Of a DNA stretch of 64,000 bases, positions 1-10,241 are shown in pieces. The position numbers were made by a program, and so were the translations under genes. Within the stretch, counting starts at the first letter, position 1; the number at the start of each line of letters is the position of its first letter. The stretch covers positions 372,001 to 436,000 of the forward strand of contig CDRNVI010000164.1 of the NCBI GenBank assembly GCA_977017575.1, written 5' to 3'. A model generated the notes under the pieces. That model had not been told where the DNA came from and ran no database searches. It was given only the letters and a program-made list of their open reading frames with translations. This DNA comes from Paramoeba atlantica. Its lineage: Eukaryota; Protista; Discosea.

Positions 1-53
1 CAAGTTTTTCCGACAGCTCCGTCTCCAACCACAACACACTTAATTGTTTGCAT
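1..53 (-). CDS. Rac/Rho-family GTPase, 5' end only (rest lies left of the window); tandem paralog of 483..1076
   Basis: Reverse strand reads [17 protein letters not shown] (P-loop). Nt 1-145 are near-identical to about 1025-1170, including upstream sequence. Confidence 0.85.
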   Translation of the reverse strand, partial: MQTIKCVVVGDGAVGKT

Positions 54-482
54 CTTTTTCCTTTTTTTCTTTTCTTTTCTCTTCCAAAACGATTTGTAAG
101 AAACATCTTTCTCGAACTTCAAGAAAAAGGGAACCAAGAAACGAGGAGGTGAAAAGTTTTTAGCGAAAACGGGGTGACCTTTTATGGGAATCGGAAGTCG
201 TGAACCAATTCCAGATTTTGAAGAGAACTGACTGTACCACTCAAAAGTTCAAATAAAGGAACAGGTCCTGAAAGAAAAGAAGAAATTTTGAATGAATTAA
301 TTTATTTGGTTGGGTGAAAGAAACCAAGGTGGTTGTCAGATGTTCAAAGAGAATCTCTCTCTCTTTCAACCAAATGATGAACAACCCAATATCGTGTTTC
401 TCTCCGAAAGTTTTCTCATCTCTCTCTCTCAATAAAGGTGGTTGAATAAAAATGAAGACAGTTCACTCCAGACCCTCTTTTC

Positions 483-1076
483 TCACATCAAAATACAACC
501 ACGGCGATTTTTCTTCGATGGCTTCATTTTCTGGACAGACGGAAAAAGAACTGAACGAATTGCTTCATCAAAAACACTTTTCACACCTTGAGAAGTCATT
601 GCACTGCATTCCACATATCTTGCTGCTCCAATATCTTTCGCAAGCCCACTTCCCATCTCGTTTGAAATTGGTTCCAAACCTCTTTCCTCCATTTTCGACA
701 TTGCAAAAGGGTCAGATCGAAGATCACACTTAGTTCCTACGAGAATAATTTTTGCAGAAGAACAATAGTGTTCGATCTCTGGAATCCACTTGCATCGGAC
801 ATTCTCAAAGGATGATGGAGACATCACTGAGAAACAAACCAAGAAAACATCTGTGCTTGGGTAAGAAAGAGGGCGCAATCGATCATAGTCTTCTTGGCCT
901 GCTGTGTCCCACAGACCCAAGTTGATGACCTTTCCGTCGACTTGGCAATGAGTTCCGTAATTATCGAAAACTGTTGGGATGTATTCTTGTGGGAAAGAAT
1001 TTGTTGTGTACACAATCAACAGACAAGTTTTTCCAACAGCTCCGTCTCCAACCGCAACACACTTAATTGATTGCAT
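483..1076 (-). CDS. Rac-family small GTPase, intronless, C-terminal CAAX
   Basis: [53 protein letters not shown], polybasic [13 protein letters not shown] at 1076 (the track starts at an upstream TTG). Confidence 0.95.
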   Translation of the reverse strand: MQSIKCVAVGDGAVGKTCLLIVYTTNSFPQEYIPTVFDNYGTHCQVDGKVINLGLWDTAGQEDYDRLRPLSYPSTDVFLVCFSVMSPSSFENVRCKWIPEIEHYCSSAKIILVGTKCDLRSDPFAMSKMEERGLEPISNEMGSGLAKDIGAARYVECSAMTSQGVKSVFDEAIRSVLFPSVQKMKPSKKNRRGCILM

Positions 1077-1353
1077 CTTTTTCCTTTTTCCTTTTCTTTT
1101 CTCTTCCAAAACGATTTGTAAGAAACATCTTTCTCGAACTTCAAGAAAAAGTGAACCAAGAAACGAGAAGTTGAAAAGTTTTTGGTGAAAACGGGAACGA
1201 CACCAATTATTTCCTTTTGTGTAGCAATAAAGTAAACCGATGTTTTTGGGGGTTCAAAACTTTGGCAAAAAACATTTATTTATTTCACAAATTGGATTGC
1301 ACTTTCAAATTAAAAATGAGGGAACGAAATACGTTTTTAAATGACAATAATTA

Positions 1354-4300
1354 TCATTTTGGAACAGCAGAAGTATGTTTGGAGTGTCGCTTCCCACATT
1401 TTTCACAATAATAAGACCCACTCGTCTCTTGTTCAGCTCTCGCGAAAGAGAATTCATCCGGTTTTGCCAAGGTCGGTCCGTCTGTGAGGGAAGTAACAAA
1501 AGGTGAGATACTCAAGTTCGACAATGGATCAGCCATTGAGATGGACGGGATCTCTTTTGATGGGATCGCGCGTGACATGAAAGAGGAGGAGGGTGGGCCT
1601 CCAGAAAGGTTCGATGAAGGAGAAGAAGTACTACTGGACGAAGAAGAGGAAGAAGAGCAGCCCTTTGAGGAACTTGAACCTTTGCAAGAGGAGAGTGAAG
1701 AACCAGTCGGGCAACCAGGTGGAAGAGAAGGAGGAACAAGAAAGGGGACAGCCAATTTTCCATTGGATATTTTATGACAGGCCGCCATCAAGTCATAAGC
1801 GATTCCAGGAGATACAATAGAATCCTTTTTTTAAAAAAAAACAAAGCTTAGATTTCTAACTAAAGGGTAGGAGAGAAAAGAAGAAATGAGATTACATTTT
1901 TGTAGAAAGGATGTTTCTGAACAAAGGATCTCATCCAATTTGCAGTTGTTTGGAGTTCACCTGAAGCTCTCTTCCCTATAAACACCAGATACTGCCAAAA
2001 AAATTAGAGTGAGGTTCTGAAGAGAAAATCTCAAGATAAAAAAATAAACAAAAACATGTTCAACGACTTCACGAACTTCATCTTCGATGTTGGTCGTGTC
2101 AAGAAAGACTTGAATGAGGTTGATCAATCCTGGAAACGACCCATCCTCTGTGGTAACAAAAAAAAAACAGGTTAATATGATTGATCAAGTCAAAGGAGAA
2201 AAAAAAATATGAGAACTCTTTCCATTGAAAATTTCATCCAAGGTCATCAAACTGGCTTCAGCCTCTGAATCTAGATTTTGGAAAAAGAAAATAAATGAAG
2301 TGATGTTGAAGCAACAAAACGAGAGAAGCAACAAAACAATGAATCCTCACCTGCATGAACACGATCTCGAAACCAAAATTTTTCGTTCAAACAAGCATCT
2401 CGTCGGTGTGCCTTTTGGAAAAAGAAAAGAAAAAAAAAATTAAAAAAAAAATACACAAATTTACGGAAAAAAGGAAGTTGAAAAAGCTAATAATAAGAAT
2501 AACAAGAATAAGAAGAATAAAAAAAAAATATCATCTATAATAAAATAAATGGTTCGGTGGTAGAATCTTCGCCTCCCAGAACACCACCCCAAGACAGGCC
2601 GACTCCCATCTTAAAAAAAAATTGAGGGACGACAAATTAAGTCCGTTTTTGTCCCAAAAAATAATCTAAAATTTGGTCAAAAAAGTTGCGCAGGCCGGGA
2701 ATCGAACCCGGGCCCTTCGCGTGGGAGGCGAAGATTCTACCACTGAACCACCAGCGCATGTTCAAGAACCTTAGAAAAAAACAAACCATTTCCATGTTTT
2801 CATCCACTTTCGAGATTGGAAGATAAAAATTGAGTTCCATCGTGTTGATGGTGCGAATTAACAACTGAATAAAAACAACAAAAGCAGCATTTTCGAAATC
2901 TGAAAAAAAAAAGAAGGGAAAAAGAGTCAATCTTTCAATTTTTTCACACGAAATGAAACCTTTTTTTTGAACCAGTTAAACTGAGCTCCATTGTGCGAAA
3001 TTCGACACGCCATCCTATTGAAGAGTTGGGTGGTGGAAGTTTAAATCGGACCTTTGGTTCAATGAAAAAGAATAAATTGAGAGTGTAAAAGATAATGAGA
3101 AATCAAGAATGTTATCAAAACTGTTTGCCAATTGGTCGATTGGATATTTTCAAAATGGTCAGTCAAATGGTCATCATCAATTTCGATTTTATGAGAGTAG
3201 ATAACCTATTCGTCCATTAAATATTGGAGAAAGAGAGATTTTTTTAACAAATATTATAGCAAATATTATCTCATCAATAATTGTGAAAAGAAAAAAAAAG
3301 TTTCAAAAAAAAAAACGAAACAAGAGGATCACGAATGAACAAATGGGCGAGATGTCGAGACAATCGCTGATCAATTCCATTTGATAATAAAGTCTCACAA
3401 ATCTAACAAAAAAAAATTCAGAGAAACCCACAACAATTGTGAATGTTTTATTGAGGGACAGAAAATTCTGGGACAGAAAATTGAATTTATCAAATATAAA
3501 AAAAAAAAACCTCTTCATCATAAACCAAATCTAAGTCATTATATTCATCCTTGAGTTTATCATCAAGAGAGATAAAGCAATCAATTGAACCATACCGCGA
3601 TTTATTGATTGTCCTTGGGAAATCCTATTTTTTTATTTCAAAAATCAGAAAATAGTTTTTTTTTTCAAAAGATTTGAGAAAAAAAACCTTGAGAGGATCA
3701 AGCTCTCTTTCTTCGCGATTCCGATCATCCACTGATCCAGCAATCACATTCCATCTAACATCCGTATCAACCAAATATCCTACACAACACAATAAAAAAA
3801 TGAATTGAAAGGGGATAGACTGGAATGTAAAATGATTTTTTCATATGTTGGATCAAAAAGAAAAAAAAATAAATAAATACCTCGGTGAATTGGAGAAGCA
3901 GCAGTGAGGGCCATGACAAGAGGGGAAACAATTGCGAGTTGATCATATAAAGATCGAGCTTCATCAACATTGCAACACTAATCATCAAACCAAAGAGAGA
4001 TTGTTTTCAAAAAAAAATTCAAAAAGATGATAAAAGTAAAAGGGGACACCCCTCCCTCCCCCAAAAAAAAATGAAACCTGAAAAGTGCACTGGAGACAAT
4101 TGCAACCCATTCCAAATGCCATCGCATCCATATGAACTTCATATCCATTCCCAAAATCCTCTAAAGCGATATCTGGCATCTCTTTTTTTGGGTCTTTCAC
4201 TTCTTTCACTCCTTCATCACTGGTTTCTTCTGTTTTCATAATAATAGGAGGTGCAGGGGTTACTGGGATCGGTTTGGTCTCTTTATCTTTAAAAACTGGA

Positions 4301-5654
4301 ATTCTAATTGCAACATTCGAGCCTCTTCTCAACCGAATATTCCTTGTCAAAGTGCCAAATCTTGGATGTGGGTTGATGACCTATTTATTTTTTGCCGATA
4401 AGAACAAAGGGATAGATAGAGAGGCCTTATTAAAAAAAAAAATTGAATTCTCTTAATTTAAATTTTTAGAATTAGAGAAAATAGACACCTGATCAGGGAT
4501 ATAATAAGAATTTGCATAGTATCCTCGAGGGGGATAAGCAGGTGCAGTAAAAACTCCGACTCCCATTAATGGAAATGAGGTCAATTGCATAGCATATTCA
4601 TTTTGACTTAAAAGGGATTGTACCACCTATTTTATATTAAAATGAAAAACTTTCAAGAAATAGAGAATTTTTTTTTGGGGGGGGGGGTGACTGACCTCCC
4701 GTCGGTACTTCATACTGGGTTCAACAAGGAGAATATCAGAGTAAGAGGATCCATAAGGTTGACCTGGGGTACTCTCCAACATAAAACTTCCATACTCAGG
4801 TCGCCAACAAGAAGAACAGGTCTAAAAATAACGAAATACACTCAGCGTCACTGTCTGCGGTGTGGGAAGGAAAAGAAAGAAAAATTGACAAAAAACCTCA
4901 GGATCCTCAATTTCATCTTTTTGAAGTTTGGGTAAGTGTTCTGCAGCTGTCAAACAAATGCAAACGGTTCTTTCTTGAGAGTTCATTGTCACAATCATGT
5001 ACTCAATCTCATCACCCCACTTGAGATAATCTTCCTTTCGATCTTTCACCTGTGGTGCAAAAAAAAAAAGGAAAAAAAAAATAAGAAAAAAAAATAAGAG
5101 GTCCTACCGAGGATCGAACTCGGGGCACGAGAATCAAAACCTCGTATGTTACCACTACACCATAGAACCATTGGTGAAAACAAGAAGGTTTTGAGGGTTT
5201 TTTAATACAAGAAAGGATAAATTTTGGGGTTGGGAATGTACTTGGTTTTGCCCCCCTCTCTGGCTCTTCTCAAAAAAGAGTTTTGCCAAAAACTGAAAAG
5301 AAAAACTTTTCCTTTCCAGTTCAAACTTTATATCCCGCCGTCTCCAAAATTCACCGTGGAACAACCGAAACAAAAAAGAAAACAAAACAAAAGGGGAGGA
5401 GAAAAGAGGAGAAAAGAGATCCACGAAGTCAAAAAAAAAAGAAAAAAACCTTTTGATATTGTTTTAAGAATTGAACAATCCCATGTTCTCGAATATATCT
5501 GTTTTCATCCAAGAGAAATTCAAAATGAATGAGGAAAAAAAGAGAAAAGAAAGAGAGGGAAAGAAGGCAGAAGGAAAAAAAGAGAAACAAATTACTTTGC
5601 ATGTTTCTTTGCTTCATCCCAATCAAGGGTATAACCAGAGTCAAGAAAACCCAT
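1354..5654 (-). CDS. GCLC: Glutamate-cysteine ligase catalytic subunit, about 18 exons
   Basis: Exons spell [130 protein letters not shown]; all are animal/fungal-type GCLC motifs. Confidence 0.95.
2550..2578 (+). pseudogene. Inverted partial copy (nt 8-37) of the neighbouring tRNA-Gly(CCC)
   Basis: TGGTTCGGTGGTAGAATCTTCGCCTCCCA matches tRNA-Gly nt 8-37 at 28 of 29 positions, on the opposite strand. No acceptor stem or 3' half. Confidence 0.85.
2687..2757 (-). tRNA. tRNA-Gly(CCC) inside GCLC intron 2412..2786
   Basis: GCGCTGG TG GTTC AGTGGTA GAAT C TTCGC CTCCCAC GCGAA GGGC CCGGG TTCGATT CCCGG CCTGCGC A. Full cloverleaf with one U5:U68 mismatch, followed by a T-run. Confidence 0.95.
5099..5169 (-). 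tRNA. tRNA-Gln(TTG) inside GCLC intron 5050..5449
   Basis: GGTTCTA TG GTGT AGTGGTA ACAT A CGAGG TTTTGAT TCTCG TGCC CCGAG TTCGATC CTCGG TAGGACC T. Full cloverleaf with a downstream T-run. Confidence 0.95.
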
Positions 5655-5930
5655 TCGTTTGTTTTTTTGGGGAGGGCGACGGGAAAATCAGAAAATAAAT
5701 GCCCTTTTACCACCGAGAAAATAAATACCCTTTTTCCACGAACGGTCACAAAAACAAAGAGATAAAAAGAAGAAAAGATGATTTTCTCGGGTTCAAAAAA
5801 AAACAAGAGAGAAAAAGACGAAAAGATTCGTGTTTTTTTTTGTCTTTTTTCCGCGTGTGGTCCACAAAAACCCGACAAGGACGTGAGATTCTTCCCTCCT
5901 CATTTCATTCCCTTTTTTGTGTCTGTCATT

Positions 5931-7838
5931 ATGAGCGAAGGAGGAGATGATGATGAGTTTTATTACCAATGTCGAAATGGGGTTGCTGAAAATGAAACTT
6001 GCCCCTTCCTTTGTGTCGGCCTTTCCGATTGTTCGTCTTGTGAATGCGCTGTTGTACCAACCGAAGGTGGTGGACCTGGAGGATCTGCGGTTGATGTCCT
6101 TCTCTGTTTACTTCCTGTCGCCTTTTTAGTTGGGGTCACCTTAATGCCTAAACCACTTCCAACCACGAAATCACTTCCATTGGCAGCTTTCTTGATGTTT
6201 TTGGTGAGGCTTATGTACTTACAAAACGATCCCCTTTTGACTTGTGCCTCTGTGATCTTAGGTTTCCACGAAGCGCTCACTCCTCTTAGCATCATGGCTG
6301 GTGCCATCACACTTTTTGAGACAATGGAAGCAACGAATTGTATGGCTTTCATGATCCAAGAAATCAAACGATTAACGGATGGACATCCGGTGACTGAACT
6401 GATGTTAATTTTTTGCTTTGCGTACATGGTCGAAGGAGCTTCAGGTTTTGGAACCCCTGTTGCACTTGGAGCTCCAATGCTTGTCTCGATTGGATATCCT
6501 GCAAAAAAATCAGTCGTTTTACTGTTGCTCATGAACACATTTGCGACTGTCTGGGGAGCTGTTGGAACTCCCATTTGGTTTGGCTTTGGGGAGTTGGATT
6601 TGACAGATGACGAATTAGTAACGATTTCCACTAAGTCAGGAATTTCTTTAGCAATCTCAGCTTACTTTCTTGTTCCCTTTATTTTTTCTCTTGTCTTACC
6701 TTGGGAAGTGCTTCGTCAAAACGCACTGTACATGTTATTGGGATTGTCTGCTTGTGTTTTACCAGGAATGGGGATATCTTTTGTCTCGTATGAATTTCCA
6801 AGTCTGATTGGTGGGTTGATTGGTTGTACAATCAATGCATTACTCATCTATTTTAAAGTTGGAATCGCTCCATATGATCCTGATGAGCATGTCAGTTTTC
6901 AACCAGAAAGTCCTCAGAGGACTTCTGAGAAGGAGGGGTTTTCGATTGGCTTGGAGGATGAGAAAGAGATCAACCTCCAAGAAAATCGAGATCGAGATAT
7001 GACAATGTTTTCTCAAGAAGGTGAAGAAGTTATTGAATATCAAAGTAACAACAGCTATGCATTTGACCTTTTCGCTCGAACATTCCCTCTTTGGGGAAGT
7101 GTTATCTTACTTATCTTAACTCGTGTTGAACAAATCAGAATTAAGTCAGCTCTCAAATCGACCAGTCCAAATCTGAAAATACCTTTAGGAACTTGGGGAA
7201 CTTTTCGTATTTCACCAAGCTTGGTTCTTCAACTTCAAAATATACTAAATTATCCTGATCTAAACTGGGTTTATGAGTCTCTGTACGTTCCTTTCTTGTT
7301 ACCATTTGTCTTCATTTCTCTTATCACAATGTGTATATTCCACAAGGAAATGGTAAAGAATCCCCTATCCATTGGTCGAATTGTCGCAACGAGATTAAAG
7401 AATCCAGCACTGGCCCTGATGGGTGCGCTTGTCCTTGTCCAATTAATGATCACAGGAGACAATACCGCACCAGCAAATATCATTGGAACGGTCCTCTCTG
7501 ATGCTCTAGGAAAAGGATTTATCGCTATCTCTGGGTTACTTGGAGTTCTTGGAAGCTTTTTCAGTGGATCAACAACTGTTTCTAATTTAACTTTCGGAGA
7601 AATTCAACGAATTGCTGCAGAGACTATCGGAATCAGTACGACGACCATGCTTTCCATCCAAGCGACGGGAGGATCAGCAGGCAACGGATTATGTTTGAAC
7701 AATATTATTGCTGCTTGTGCAGTTGTGAATTTGGCTGTTCCAGAAGGGGAGATTGTAAAGAAGACTTGGATTTTTGTTTTTTCGATTGTCGTGATCTCAA
7801 CTCTGGTGAATCTTGCCTATTATTTTGCGTTTGACTAA
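5931..7838 (+). CDS. L-lactate permease (LctP) family transporter, intronless
   Basis: Polytopic hydrophobic ORF with LctP motifs EGASGFGTPVA, GAVGTPIWFG, GSFFSGSTTVSNLTFGEIQ, GGSAGNG. First ATG at 5931; Cys-rich N-terminal extension. Confidence 0.85.
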   Translation: MSEGGDDDEFYYQCRNGVAENETCPFLCVGLSDCSSCECAVVPTEGGGPGGSAVDVLLCLLPVAFLVGVTLMPKPLPTTKSLPLAAFLMFLVRLMYLQNDPLLTCASVILGFHEALTPLSIMAGAITLFETMEATNCMAFMIQEIKRLTDGHPVTELMLIFCFAYMVEGASGFGTPVALGAPMLVSIGYPAKKSVVLLLLMNTFATVWGAVGTPIWFGFGELDLTDDELVTISTKSGISLAISAYFLVPFIFSLVLPWEVLRQNALYMLLGLSACVLPGMGISFVSYEFPSLIGGLIGCTINALLIYFKVGIAPYDPDEHVSFQPESPQRTSEKEGFSIGLEDEKEINLQENRDRDMTMFSQEGEEVIEYQSNNSYAFDLFARTFPLWGSVILLILTRVEQIRIKSALKSTSPNLKIPLGTWGTFRISPSLVLQLQNILNYPDLNWVYESLYVPFLLPFVFISLITMCIFHKEMVKNPLSIGRIVATRLKNPALALMGALVLVQLMITGDNTAPANIIGTVLSDALGKGFIAISGLLGVLGSFFSGSTTVSNLTFGEIQRIAAETIGISTTTMLSIQATGGSAGNGLCLNNIIAACAVVNLAVPEGEIVKKTWIFVFSIVVISTLVNLAYYFAFD

Positions 7839-8152
7839 AACAAAAAAAAAGAGGGATGTCCATTTCTTTGAGGGTCCGTTTAAGCCGACGACACACCACA
7901 AGATTCTTTGGTTTAGAACCAATGAATTTTGTTATTTTAATATCATTTTTATTATTTCTGATTAATTTTTTTTTTCATCCAAGAATTACTTAAATTATTA
8001 ATAGACATAATCAACATCAAGGTTCCCCTTTAATTAAGAAAACAATTTTTTGGTTTTCTCAATTTGAGAAATATTGAAGGGCTTTACTTGAATTTTTGGG
8101 AGGGGTGCACAAACAGAGACCCTTTTCCTCTTTTTTTCTCGAAAGAGGATTT

Positions 8153-9908
8153 TTAAGAATAATCACACTCAGATTGAGATTTGGGTTGTGTCCACGGCTC
8201 GTTCAAGTGGATTGATTTTGCAAATTTTTGTCGTAGTTCCGGTGCGACTTCGGCCATTCTTCCTTTTGTAAAATGTACAAACAACGGCTGTGAAAAAATT
8301 GAGAATTAAATTTAAAAAAGAACACAAGAAGAAAGATTCGAAAAACAATCGATCAAAACCTTGTCATTGGAAGCTTGAAGGGGACCATACTCGATTTGAT
8401 AGTTAATTGTATCTTGAAAAAAAAAATATTTTGAGAGGATGAACATGCAAGAACAAAAAGAATTTTAAACAAAAAAATCACAAAACTGGTATCTGGAAAG
8501 AAAATGCCATCATCAGGCAATCGTTTTAATGCACAATCTGAAAGAGATAATTCTACCATCGCTCCCTTAAAAAAAAAAAACTCTTCATTCAGTAATTCTC
8601 CTCCAAAAAAGATAAAAAGAAAAAGAAAAAAAGAAAAGAAGAGAACCTGATCACGTGTAAACCAACCAGATGACATCAAATCATTCCATTTTGACAAACA
8701 AGTGGAAGAATATTTTCGGTTAATTAAAATTACTCCGGTATGATAAGGTTGTCTCCATCCCTCTTTTTAAAGAAAAAGTATCGAGAATAAAAAAAGAAAC
8801 GAAAATCAGTTCAATAATAACTCTCTCTCTCTCTCTCTCCTCCTTTTTTGTTTGTTGATTGAATTTATCCAAAAAACCTGTTCCTCGATCACTGAACATC
8901 GCAATTGAAAAGCAAGCACAAGGTACTCGTGTCAACTGATCAAGAAAAGGGACAATCGGTCTTCCAATGAGGATATCAGAATCAATAAGCAAGATGTTGT
9001 TTTGGGGGATGTAATCAAATAACTGATTTTCAAAAATTAAAAAAGATTTGATTAGAAGGAAAGGAAAAAAGAATTTGAATCGAAAAAGAGTTTTTTGATT
9101 GATTAGAAACCTTTGATTTATAAGATTTGCGATCCATTTCAGAGTGAGGGACAGGGAAACTTAAGATTGTTGAGTTGTATTTTGACATGAACGACTCGAT
9201 CAGTTTCTCTCCATGAAGGTAATCAGGAGTCTGGGATTCGAATCCTCTACGAAGAATAAAGAAGAAGAAGAAGAAACGATTATGTTCGGAAATATTCTCA
9301 AAAACTAATTTCCACAAGAAAGTAAAAAAGTAAAAACATCAAAAAAAACTCAACAAACTTTGTTCTTGGAAAACATCGAGGAGAGTCAGTCAAAAGATAA
9401 ATGCTCCCTGTCCAATGACCATTTGTCCGAATACTCTCGACAGTTGTATCACAAAGATGGGTGTGCGCTGCATATCCAAAACAGAGAATCACTAATGCTG
9501 TGTTTGATGGTCTGTATGGCTCTCTGTTTTTGTTTTGAAAGGAGAGAGAGGAGAGAGAGAGAGAGAGGAGAGAGGGAGAGAGAGAGAGAGAGGTTAAAGG
9601 AAAGGTGTCTGGAGGGAGAATAGGGAGGTGAATGAAAAAAAAACCTGCAACACTCTCTCCCTGAAGAGAGTCCAAAATTAAATCCTTGTCTGAGAAAGAG
9701 AGAAAAATGTTGAGATACAGAAAATGGAAAAAAGAAGAAAAAGAAAAGAGAAAAAGAGAGAGGACGTTTTCCACTTATGTTTCACAGAAATGACTCCATA
9801 CCATTTGAAAGGGGAATAAGAATGCGCAAAAGTCATATAACCCCAAAACAAAATGAAACAAACAATCAAAACATTCCTCCGATTCAAATACTGTTTCCAA
9901 GAATTCAT
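8153..9908 (-). CDS. Putative type II membrane GT-A glycosyltransferase, multi-exon
   Basis: N-terminal TM (VLIVCFILFWGYMTFA), then exons TALVILCFGYAA..SIRTNGHWTGSIYLLTD, SYKSK, ILLIDSDILI (DxD motif), LFVHFT. Family inferred from the motif pattern only. Confidence 0.55.
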
Positions 9909-10241
9909 AAAAGACCAGAAATCTCTTTCTTTTTCTTTATGACGAAGAAGATTTCTCATTCCCTTTTCCCAAAAAACAAAAAGAAAAAGAAAAAAAAAAG
10001 GCATCACGAGTTTGACCTTGAAGCTAAAAATAGAACTCTAAAAATAGATCGGGTTCTTTTGATATGTATCTTGATTGTTTTTTCATAGAAAGTAAAATCA
10101 AAAAATGGTACTCCCTTTGAAGGGTTGGAGTGGAGCTTTTTTGGGTTTTGTTCAACACGCTCATTTTTGTGTTTGTTTTCTCTTTTCTCTCTCTCTTTTT
10201 TTTTTGGTTTTCTTTTTTGTTTTTGAGTGTGTGTTGTCGCG

